From NCBI RefSeq assembly GCF_000025945.1, contig NC_006138.1, forward strand, positions 330,001 to 362,000: a stretch of 32,000 bases of DNA, given 5' to 3'. Position 1 is the first letter of the stretch. The number at the start of each line of letters is the position of its first letter. Below, piece by piece: positions 1 to 8,569 of the stretch. The notes below the pieces were generated by a model. The model was not told where the DNA came from. It searched no databases and was given only the letters and a program-made list of their open reading frames with translations. This DNA comes from Desulfotalea psychrophila LSv54. Its GTDB lineage: Bacteria > Desulfobacterota > Desulfobulbia > Desulfobulbales > Desulfocapsaceae. A program made the position numbers and the translations under genes.

Positions 1-64
1 TAACCGCCAAAAAGCGCCATATGCGCTCCCTGCTCTACATGGTAAGTATGTAATGTCGTTTTTT

Positions 65-574
65 TTACGTCTGTATTTTCCATCGAATAAGTCCCCTATG
101 TATGGTGGAAACAGGATATCGCCCCTCTCCTAAAGTGAGAGGGGTACCTTCAACGTTAAAGCTCTTATAAACAACGAAGGTCTCTACCTCGCCCACATTA
201 TCAATAGTGCAAACCTCATCATTATAAAATTCTAGCATGCTGAAGCCAGAGGTCAAGGCAACGGTGAGAATAAGATCATAACGGCCGGTGACAACACAGA
301 CAGAGATAACCCCCCGAAGTCTACTAAATTCCTCACCCTTCTTAACAAGGTTCATGTCCTTTACCCGGACACCAACCATGATAACGCTCTGCTCAGGCAT
401 GAGATCTGGATCAATAAGGCCGGTTATCTGAAGAACCCCTTCATCCTGCATCTTCTTTACCCGGGATCTGATTGTTCCCTCAGCAACGCTGAGATTTTCA
501 GCGATTTTTTTGTAGGCCATGCGTCCATCGCGAAGATGCTCAAGGATGGCAATATTTATTTTATCCAGTTTCAT
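65..574 (-). CDS. Lrp/AsnC family transcriptional regulator
   Basis: 169-aa ORF. N-terminal HTH 'LDKINIAILEHLRDGRMAYKKIAENLSVAEGTIRSRVKKMQDEGVL' followed by a RAM-like domain (VGVRVK...GRYDLILTV). Confidence 0.93.
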   Translation of the reverse strand: MKLDKINIAILEHLRDGRMAYKKIAENLSVAEGTIRSRVKKMQDEGVLQITGLIDPDLMPEQSVIMVGVRVKDMNLVKKGEEFSRLRGVISVCVVTGRYDLILTVALTSGFSMLEFYNDEVCTIDNVGEVETFVVYKSFNVEGTPLTLGEGRYPVSTIHRGLIRWKIQT

Positions 575-724
575 TTATTTATTATATTTTGAGAATTGAT
601 TTAAAAGGTCATTTTAGTATATATTGCTATTATACATATTTTTGAAGCATGAAAATACCTATTTCGTACTTTGATGCCGTGAATAACAGCATATTCCACA
701 ATAAACACTATGGGAACCACTGAG

Positions 725-2149
725 ATGAAAGTTAAAATTGTTGTTTTAGGAGCAGGACCTGGCGGATATGTAGCGGCAATACGAGCAGCGCAGCTTGGTG
801 GAGACGTCACTGTAATAGAAAAAGAAAATGTAGGTGGCACCTGTCTCAACTGGGGATGCATCCCTTCAAAAATATATAAGCAGAGCGCTGACACCCTTAA
901 CTCCATCAAAGATTCTGCAAGCTTTTGCATAGATGGGATCAGCGAAGGCAAACTCAACCTGGAGAGACTTCAAGAACGAACCAAGGGTATCATTGCCTCC
1001 CAATCTAAGGGCATCCACGGCCTCCTGGCAAAAAACTCCATCTCTTATATTGGGGGAGAGGCCAAGATGTCCGGTAGCCATAGCCTCTCTGTCACCAGGA
1101 AAGACGGCGAGACAGAGGAGGTGCAATTTGATAAGCTGATCATCGCCACCGGTAGCACACCGATGGCCCTCCCCTTCCTCCCCTTTGACGGAGACAGGAT
1201 ACTCTCCAGTGATCATATCTTTTCTCTTAAAGAAATACCAGAGTCCATTACTATTATAGGTGGCGGAGTCATTGGCTGTGAATTCGCCTGCATCCTGCAG
1301 AGCTTTGGCGTTGAGGTGACTCTGGTGGAAGGCCTTGAACGCCTCCTCCCCCTCCCCTCCGTTGAGGAGGAGTGTTCAAAGCTTCTTCTCCGGGAGATGA
1401 AGAAAAAGAAGATCAAGGTCGAGCTGAAGACAACCCTGGCCTCGGCAAGCCAAAAAAATGGTATGGTTCAGCTCAATCTGGTTAGCCAGGGGAAAAACGG
1501 TACAGAAAAAGCCAAACAGATAGAATCAGAAAAGGTACTGGTCTGCATCGGACGCAGGGCCAGTAGCGCCAGTTTGGATCTAGACCAGGCAGGCGTAGAG
1601 ACCACAAAGCGGGGCTGGATAAGCACCGGGGCCAACCTACAGACAACGGTTCCTCATATCTACGCCATTGGTGATGTGCTTGGCCCCGAACGAATCATGC
1701 TGGCCCATACTGCCTCAACCGAGGCGGAGATTGCGGCTGAAAATTGTTTTGGCGGCGCAGAAGAGATGAACTGGCAGGTAATGCCAAGTGCTATTTTCAC
1801 CATGCCCGAAATCGGTTGCGTGGGACTCTCCGAAGCCCAGGCCGCCGAACTGTACGGCAAGGAAAATATCCGGGCTGAAAGCAGTCTCTTCAGAACCTTG
1901 GGCAAGGCTCAGGTCATCGGCGAGTTAGCAGGAGTCACCAAGATAGTCTGTGCCAAAGAGGATGGAAAAATTCTTGGGATCCACATTGCCGGTGCCCATG
2001 CCACGGATCTCCTCGGCGAGGCCACCCTGGCCGTGAGCAACGGCATAACAGCGAAACAGCTCACTAAAACCATTCACGCCCATCCAACCCTTGCTGAGAT
2101 CCTTCTAGAAACCGCCTTTAAGATCGAGGACATGCCTCTACACGGCTAA
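725..2149 (+). CDS. lpd: Dihydrolipoamide dehydrogenase (pyridine nucleotide-disulfide oxidoreductase)
   Basis: FAD motif 'VVLGAGPGGYVAAIRAAQLG', redox site 'GGTCLNWGCIPSK', NAD motif 'TIIGGGVIGCEFA', C-terminal 'IHAHPTLAE'. ORF opens at 710 but the ATG at 725 (MKVKIVVLG) is more likely. Confidence 0.95.
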   Translation: MKVKIVVLGAGPGGYVAAIRAAQLGGDVTVIEKENVGGTCLNWGCIPSKIYKQSADTLNSIKDSASFCIDGISEGKLNLERLQERTKGIIASQSKGIHGLLAKNSISYIGGEAKMSGSHSLSVTRKDGETEEVQFDKLIIATGSTPMALPFLPFDGDRILSSDHIFSLKEIPESITIIGGGVIGCEFACILQSFGVEVTLVEGLERLLPLPSVEEECSKLLLREMKKKKIKVELKTTLASASQKNGMVQLNLVSQGKNGTEKAKQIESEKVLVCIGRRASSASLDLDQAGVETTKRGWISTGANLQTTVPHIYAIGDVLGPERIMLAHTASTEAEIAAENCFGGAEEMNWQVMPSAIFTMPEIGCVGLSEAQAAELYGKENIRAESSLFRTLGKAQVIGELAGVTKIVCAKEDGKILGIHIAGAHATDLLGEATLAVSNGITAKQLTKTIHAHPTLAEILLETAFKIEDMPLHG

Positions 2150-2158
2150 GAGCTGCAG

Positions 2159-2220
2159 AGCAAAAAGCAAAAAGCAAAAAGGGGCCGGAACCGTTCGTAA
2201 ACAACGATTCCGGCCCACCC
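2159..2220 (-). terminator. Rho-independent terminator-like hairpin with U-tract orientation on the minus strand
   Basis: GGGCCGGAACCGTT (2182-2195) pairs with AACGATTCCGGCCC (2203-2216), 14 bp with one mismatch. The flank at 2159-2180 is AGCAAAAAGCAAAAAGCAAAAA, a T-rich tail only when read on the minus strand. Confidence 0.5.
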
Positions 2221-2591
2221 CACAATGGCACCAGCCAGCCCCGCAGGTAATCGCCACACCTCCACCTCATCATCACCACTCCCCTTAATAACAGCGCTGG
2301 CACTCCCCCTCCACAAACAACGAAATGACATCCATCGGCAAAGTAACTCTGGCAATGATCGCGCCAAAAAAGCAGCTCAACAAAGAGAGGCCACTCCTCC
2401 AGAGTTAGCAAAAAAAACGGCAAAGCTTGGCCTTAGGGTAGATTTCATTTTCCATAGCCCATATAATGTTACTGAATATGGGAGAGGAGCAAATATCCGC
2501 CAATGCCCCCCTCAGACCGAGAGAAGAGATGGGCGATATCAACCAGAGGTGCAACTCCATCTATTAAAAAACAGTTAAGCAAGGAGTAGAA

Positions 2592-2954
2592 ATGACCCCA
2601 ATATATGGTAGAGATGCTGAGCTGACAGGTTGGTATGATGGCATGAATATATTTAGTCTGGATCTGGACTGGTTAGCATTTCACAATGATGGCAATCTAT
2701 TTTCAGCCCACAATCTAAAGTGGCTTGGCCCCGTTGATGACGGCTTATTCTTAGACAGAGAGGGCAAGCCGGTAGCCTGGATTGAAGATTGTACCCCTTC
2801 CACCTCCACCAAGCCTATCAAACCGCCCCCACCCTCACCCCCGGCAAAACCCTTCAAACCACTCCAACCCATAGATCCAACAAAACCGCTAAAAGCTCTT
2901 ATAATCCAAGATGGGTGGTCGACTCTTACATGGCAACAGTGGCTCAAGGCCTAA
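2592..2954 (+). CDS. Small protein with repeated W/G beta-strand units (resembles 4-fold beta-flower proteins) and a proline-rich linker
   Basis: 120-aa ORF with RBS AAGGAG before the ATG. Repeated pattern 'LTGWYDGMNIFSLDLDWLAFHNDGNLFSAHNLKWLGPVDDGLFLDREGKPVAWIED', then KPIKPPPPSPPAKPFKP. Confidence 0.7.
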   Translation: MTPIYGRDAELTGWYDGMNIFSLDLDWLAFHNDGNLFSAHNLKWLGPVDDGLFLDREGKPVAWIEDCTPSTSTKPIKPPPPSPPAKPFKPLQPIDPTKPLKALIIQDGWSTLTWQQWLKA

Positions 2955-3074
2955 GCAGAACAGGCCAGCAAGGCCAGCCTATCTCCGTTCACAGGCTACG
3001 AACGAGAGAAACAGGAGTTTATCAAAAAAATAATTACCTTAATCTCCCCTATTTGAAACTTACGAGATCTCTCT

Positions 3075-4298
3075 ATGACTCCTTCCACCTTTGAACCCCT
3101 CCTCATCCTCGGTCTTGTTTTAGTTACCGGATATTTCGCCGGTAGAGCCGCAAATTTTTTCGGCCTGCCACGGATAAGCGGATATATCGTCAGCGGTCTT
3201 ATTTTTTCTCCTTCAGTCAGCGGCATTATCTCTTTTCAACAAATTGACCATCTCTTTAGCTTCACATCCGAAATAGCCCTGGCCTTTATCGCCTATTCCA
3301 TAGGCGGAAGCCTTCTCATGTCCCGGGTTCGTGGACTGGGAAAAGAAATTCTATGGATAACCCTGACCCAGGGCCTTGGTGCCTTTATCTGTACCTGTCT
3401 TACCGTTTACGCCGTGCGGGACTTCCTACCAGCCTCTATAGGTGAAAGCGGGAACACATTCCTGTCTGTGATCCTTATCCTGGGAAGTATTTCAGCTGCA
3501 ACCGCCCCGGCAGCAACCATGGCGATAATACATGAGCTTCGAGCCAAAGGCCCCCTGACCACCACCCTGCTTGGGGTTGTCGCACTCGATGATGCCCTGA
3601 CTATCATCATCTTTTCCGGGGCGATCACCATCGCCAGCCAGTTATTATTGGGCCAGACAGACAACTCTCTTATTATGCAGGGCATTACAACCGTTGCCGG
3701 GGCCATAGCAATTGGTCTTATCGGCGGACTCATCTTCAAAAATTTCCTTGATCCGGCAAAGCACACCGAGAGCAACCTCATGCTCACCCTTGGGGCAATA
3801 TTTCTGATCAGCGGCTCAGCAGACAGGTTCGGTTTTTCCCCACTCCTGGCAAATATGGTTATGGGCTTTGTCATTATCAACAGGGTCAAACACGCTGAAG
3901 ACCTGTTCCATAAAGTGGACACTATTAAGGAGACGATTTTCTGCCTGTTCTTTACCCTGGCGGCGGCCCATTTTGATCCCAGCGTGTTTGCCTCATCCGC
4001 CTTCCTCGGCATCGTCCTCCTGATCGGGCGATTCAGTGGCAAACTTATCGGCACCTTTCTTGGCGGTAAAATCTCTAAGGCCTCACCCCAGATATATAAA
4101 AACCTTGGCATGGCCCTTTTACCGAAGGCCGGCCTCTCTCTGGGGCTCATACTTCTCGCCAAACCGATATTGTCGGCAGAAATTTTCGATCTACTGCTCA
4201 ATGCAATGCTGGTCTCAATTACCCTCAATGAAATTATTTCGCCACCACTGGCAAAATGGGCAATTACGCGGGCAGGCGAAGCCAATCCTGACAGGTGA
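3075..4298 (+). CDS. Cation:proton antiporter, CPA2/KefB-like membrane domain
   Basis: 407-aa polytopic protein: 'GLPRISGYIVSGLIFSPS', 'EIALAFIAYSIGG', 'GLSLGLILLAKPIL' typical of Na+/H+ exchanger-family antiporters. No TrkA-N domain. Confidence 0.88.
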   Translation: MTPSTFEPLLILGLVLVTGYFAGRAANFFGLPRISGYIVSGLIFSPSVSGIISFQQIDHLFSFTSEIALAFIAYSIGGSLLMSRVRGLGKEILWITLTQGLGAFICTCLTVYAVRDFLPASIGESGNTFLSVILILGSISAATAPAATMAIIHELRAKGPLTTTLLGVVALDDALTIIIFSGAITIASQLLLGQTDNSLIMQGITTVAGAIAIGLIGGLIFKNFLDPAKHTESNLMLTLGAIFLISGSADRFGFSPLLANMVMGFVIINRVKHAEDLFHKVDTIKETIFCLFFTLAAAHFDPSVFASSAFLGIVLLIGRFSGKLIGTFLGGKISKASPQIYKNLGMALLPKAGLSLGLILLAKPILSAEIFDLLLNAMLVSITLNEIISPPLAKWAITRAGEANPDR

Positions 4299-7054
4299 GC
4301 CAAAGGGACGCAATGAAAACCACTCAATCTTGGCACGACAAAACCTGCGAACAAAGCCTAGCTGAACTGAAAACAGGGACCGCAGGTTTGGATGAGATCG
4401 AGGCGAAACAACGACTCTCCAATTTTGGCCCTAATCGGTTGACGGAACCGGCACGACGTCATGTCCTCCTCCGTTTTTTGCACCACTTTCACAACATCCT
4501 CATCTACGTTCTCCTCATTGCCGCCGGCATTACCACCCTGCTCGACCGCCTGCTTAATACATTTGTGATCATTGCCGTGGTGATTATCAACGCCATCATC
4601 GGTTTTTTACAGGAGGGCAAAGCAGAGACGGCCATGGAGGCTATACGGCATATGCTGGCTCTACGTGCAGCCGTTATTCGCGGCGGCAGACGACAAACCA
4701 TAGTGGGCGAAGAGTTGGTCCCCGGTGACATTGTCTTGCTGGAAGCTGGCGACAAGGTGCCAGCTGATTTGCGCCTGCTCACCAGCCACGGTTTACAGAT
4801 CCAGGAATCCATTCTCACCGGCGAGTCCATGGCCGCTACAAAACAGACAGAGCCCGTCGCGAAAGGCGCACCGCTTGGCGACCGTTCCTCCATGGCCTAT
4901 AGCGGCACAACCGTCGTCTCTGGACAGGCAATGGGGGTGGTGGTTGCCACCGGCGGAGAGACGGAGATCGGACGCATCAGTGTCCTGCTCGCGCGAGTGG
5001 AGATGCTGACCACTCCCCTGGTAGCCAAGATGGAGGTCTTCGCTAAGTGGCTTACCCTCTTCATCCTTACCTTGGCAAGCCTGATTCTTCTCGTCGGCTA
5101 CTTTGTCCTCCATCAGGACTTTACCGATCTGTTCATGGCGGTAGTAGGTCTCTCTGTCGCGGCCATACCAGAGGGATTGCCGGCAGTGCTGACCATCACT
5201 CTGGCCATGGGAGTGCAGATCATGGCGCGCCATAATGCCATTATTCGCCTTCTGCCGGCCATCGAAACCCTGGGATCAATATCTGTGATCTGTTCCGACA
5301 AGACGGGTACCTTTACCCGTAATGAAATGAAAGTGGCTTCGGTGATCACCAGCCGGAACCACTTCAATGTCGACGGATCAGGCTATGAACCAGCGGGAGA
5401 TATTAGGCTGGAAGAGCAGACTGTCACCATTGCCAATCATCCAGCACTGCTGGATCTAGGCCGGACGGCAGCGCTTTGCAACAACGCTGTCCTGACAAGA
5501 GTAGCTGAAACATGGCAGGTTGAAGGCGATCCTATGGAGGGTGCCCTGCTGGCCTTTGCCGGAAAAACCGGCTTTGATGATCACAAGGCGCACATTGAAT
5601 GGACATGCACCGACATGATACCCTTCGACGCCGAACATAAGTTCATGGCCACCCTCAACCACGACCATAAAAACAAGGCCGCTATCTTCGTCAAGGGTGC
5701 CCCGGAGAAGGTGCTTACCATGTGCCGGAAACAGGGGCTTAGTGCAAGCGAAACAGAACCACTGGATCATGACTACTGGGAAGAGCAGGCCCAGTTCATT
5801 GCAAGCCAGGGCCAGCGCGTACTTGCCCTGGCAGCCAAGCCAATGAAACCGGAGCATATGGTACTGGCACATGCAGATATAGAGGATTCACTGATATTTC
5901 TGGGACTGGTTGGCCTCATGGACCCGCCGCGGCCAGAGGCAATTATGGCGGTGGCTGAATGCCACCTTGCCAGCATTGAGGTGAAGATGATCACCGGTGA
6001 TCATGCGGCAACAGCAGTCGCCATCGGCAACCAACTCGGACTAAGAAACACCAACAGGGTACTGACCGGGGCAGAGCTGGACACACTTGACGAAGCAACG
6101 CTTGCGGCAAGAGTCAGTAAAATCGGGATCTTTGCCCGCACCAGCCCGGAGCATAAATTACGACTGGTAATGGCCCTACAGGCCAATGGCATGACCGTAG
6201 CCATGACCGGAGACGGGGTTAATGATGCACCAGCACTCAAACGCGCCGATGTAGGCATATCCATGGGTAAGAACGGTAGCGAAGCAGCCAAGGAGGCGGC
6301 AGAAATTGTCCTGACCGATGACAATTTCGCCTCTATTGTTGCAGCGATACGCGAGGGACGAAGGGTCCACGACAATATAAAGAAGGTAATAAACTGGACC
6401 CTACCGACCAATGCCGCCGAGGCCCTGACCATCGTTCTGGCCCTAATGCTGGGGATGACCCTGCCCATCACCCCGATCCTCATCCTCTGGGTGAACACCA
6501 TCACTGCGGTGACCTTGGGTATCGCCCTGGCCTTTGAACCGACAGAAAAAAAAGTCATGCTCCGTCCGCCCCGACCCCACGGTGAACCGCTCTTGAGTGG
6601 CGAACTGCTATGGCATGTCGCCCTGGTGGCGAGTCTATTTCTGATTGGGGTATTTGGCATCTTCAACTACGCCATTGAACGCGGCTACTCTGTGAATCTG
6701 GCCCGGACCATTGCCATGAATACACTTGTGATGCTGGAAACATTTCAGCTTTTTTTCATCCGCAATATGCATGTAACCTCACTCAGCTGGAAGGCAGTAC
6801 GCGGAACAAAGGCAGTATGGATAGCGGTCAGCACCGTCATCCTTGGCCAATTTGCCATCACCTATTTACCATGGTTACAAATGGTGTTCGAAACTGAGGA
6901 GATAGCGTTATTGGATCTCTTTCTGATAATCGGCATAGGCGCACTGACCTTTATCGCTATCGAGATCGAAAAGCAGATACGTCTTCGCCTGTACAGAGAG
7001 TTCACCCTGGTTGGCATCTTCAAAAAAATATATCGGAAATTTAGCATGATGTAA
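4295..7054 (+). CDS. Cation-transporting P-type ATPase (P2-like, Ca2+/Na+ type)
   Basis: 'SILTGES', 'PEGLPAVLTITLAMG', phosphorylation motif 'ICSDKTGTFTRNEM', 'MTGDGVNDAPALKRADVG', C-terminal TM block. GTG at 4295 overlaps the antiporter stop; the ATG at 4313 is an alternative start. Confidence 0.95.
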   Translation: MSQRDAMKTTQSWHDKTCEQSLAELKTGTAGLDEIEAKQRLSNFGPNRLTEPARRHVLLRFLHHFHNILIYVLLIAAGITTLLDRLLNTFVIIAVVIINAIIGFLQEGKAETAMEAIRHMLALRAAVIRGGRRQTIVGEELVPGDIVLLEAGDKVPADLRLLTSHGLQIQESILTGESMAATKQTEPVAKGAPLGDRSSMAYSGTTVVSGQAMGVVVATGGETEIGRISVLLARVEMLTTPLVAKMEVFAKWLTLFILTLASLILLVGYFVLHQDFTDLFMAVVGLSVAAIPEGLPAVLTITLAMGVQIMARHNAIIRLLPAIETLGSISVICSDKTGTFTRNEMKVASVITSRNHFNVDGSGYEPAGDIRLEEQTVTIANHPALLDLGRTAALCNNAVLTRVAETWQVEGDPMEGALLAFAGKTGFDDHKAHIEWTCTDMIPFDAEHKFMATLNHDHKNKAAIFVKGAPEKVLTMCRKQGLSASETEPLDHDYWEEQAQFIASQGQRVLALAAKPMKPEHMVLAHADIEDSLIFLGLVGLMDPPRPEAIMAVAECHLASIEVKMITGDHAATAVAIGNQLGLRNTNRVLTGAELDTLDEATLAARVSKIGIFARTSPEHKLRLVMALQANGMTVAMTGDGVNDAPALKRADVGISMGKNGSEAAKEAAEIVLTDDNFASIVAAIREGRRVHDNIKKVINWTLPTNAAEALTIVLALMLGMTLPITPILILWVNTITAVTLGIALAFEPTEKKVMLRPPRPHGEPLLSGELLWHVALVASLFLIGVFGIFNYAIERGYSVNLARTIAMNTLVMLETFQLFFIRNMHVTSLSWKAVRGTKAVWIAVSTVILGQFAITYLPWLQMVFETEEIALLDLFLIIGIGALTFIAIEIEKQIRLRLYREFTLVGIFKKIYRKFSMM

Positions 7055-7244
7055 GCTTGCCATTGCAGAAAGAGAGAGGATCTTAAATCAGTACATTCTG
7101 CAACCAATGAGCCAGCAAGCTCTACCAGAAAAAAAACTGGCGCGGGTAAATCCTCTTAAAAACAGATTTTGAGCATCTCACTGAGGTGGAACAAGACAAA
7201 TCATTCACATTGACCTAACAGCATAGTTTTTTTTGGAGAAAATA

Positions 7245-8387
7245 ATGAGCGACAAAGACATCACCTGCCCCAAGTGTTCACACCAACAAAACAGTGAGGC
7301 AGAATGCGAGTCCTGCGGTATTATTTTCGCAAAGCATCAACTCTTTCTTGAAAAGAAAAAGGCGACAGCAGAGGCGCAAGAGATTCCACTCCCTGAGAGA
7401 AAAAGAGAGGTCAGCGGCCCTTCATTTACCATCCTGATCCTCCTTCTGGTCTTATGTACTGCCGCCACCACCTATTATTTTGTAAAACCAAGGGCCACCG
7501 CCCCGCCGCCAACTATCACAGCCAGCGAAAGCAGAACTGTAAAACCTGCGTCCACAGGTAAAATTACCCGACAAGAGCTTGCTCCCCTAACCAATTTGAC
7601 AACAACAGATGCTATTGCCAGGGCCCTACGGGCGACGGTACAGATACGGACAGCATGGAGTACCGGCTCCGGTTTTTTCCTCACCGATAGTTTTATTATC
7701 ACCAATCGGCATGTGGTAAAAGCCGTAAAACAGGACTTTTCGGAGCAGCGAAGAAATATCAACAATACAAGAAAACTGGTGGAGCTTGAAAAGCAGAAGA
7801 TACGCAATCTCCATGCACGGCTGAAAAAGATGGCCAAGGGCCCGGGACGCGAACAGCTAAAAATTATTATTGCAGAACATGAACGCCAACTTGCCCTGGT
7901 ACTCCCAAAACTTTCACAGAAAGAAAACGAATTAAAAAATTTGGAAAAGGCAGTGACAGAGAGAGGTGACATTGTTGTCTATATGGCCGATGGTAGCAAA
8001 CACACTGGATATCTCACCCAGGTAAGTGACCACTATGACTTAGCTCTTCTTTCTATCTTTTCCGTCGAGCATGGCAAAATCCCCCTAGCGCCAGCGGGCT
8101 CAAAGCTCCAACAGGGAGATAAGGTTTATACTATAGGCAGCCCCGTCGGCCTACAAAACACTGTTACTGCAGGCATTTTCTCTGGCTACAGAAGAGCAGA
8201 TGACAGTAAAAAAATATATCTGCAGACAGATGCGGCAATTAATCCAGGAAATAGCGGTGGGCCGCTCATTGACGAAAACGGTCATATTCGTGGCATAAAC
8301 ACCATGGTTCTAAAAAATACAGAGGGTATTGGCTTCGCCATTCCCATTGAAAAGGTTTATGAGGATTTTGGTTCAGTCCTTTACTAA
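7245..8387 (+). CDS. Membrane-anchored trypsin-like serine protease with N-terminal zinc ribbon, no PDZ domain
   Basis: CPKC...CESC ribbon, TM 'FTILILLLVLCTAATTYYF', catalytic 'NRHVV', 'DLALL', 'GNSGGP'. RBS GGAGA precedes the ATG at 7245; the listed ORF opens at a TTG at 7233. Confidence 0.88.
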   Translation: MSDKDITCPKCSHQQNSEAECESCGIIFAKHQLFLEKKKATAEAQEIPLPERKREVSGPSFTILILLLVLCTAATTYYFVKPRATAPPPTITASESRTVKPASTGKITRQELAPLTNLTTTDAIARALRATVQIRTAWSTGSGFFLTDSFIITNRHVVKAVKQDFSEQRRNINNTRKLVELEKQKIRNLHARLKKMAKGPGREQLKIIIAEHERQLALVLPKLSQKENELKNLEKAVTERGDIVVYMADGSKHTGYLTQVSDHYDLALLSIFSVEHGKIPLAPAGSKLQQGDKVYTIGSPVGLQNTVTAGIFSGYRRADDSKKIYLQTDAAINPGNSGGPLIDENGHIRGINTMVLKNTEGIGFAIPIEKVYEDFGSVLY

Positions 8388-8569
8388 ACAATTAGCTTAA
8401 CAGCTGGCCATGCGTCCGAGTTGAAGGAGGGGCATGAAACTAGCTGGCAAGATGTACAACAAAATACAATTATTCACAGTTATCTCCCCTAGGCAGTAGC
8501 TTAAATCAGCAAACAGCTTCTAACAAACAGATCTATTCCCCCCCCGAAATCCATCCCTATGGAGGAAGT

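Noticed and set aside
2225-2578. 117-aa plus-strand ORF and opposing minus-strand ORFs (2118-2423, 2146-2367)
   Set aside because: No clear RBS, compositionally odd translation and mutually overlapping frames. Not supportable as coding without homology data.
5456-6666. Long antisense ORFs (138, 73, 221 aa) inside the P-type ATPase gene
   Set aside because: The plus frame is unequivocal P-type ATPase. Antisense ORFs are shadow frames in GC-richer coding DNA.
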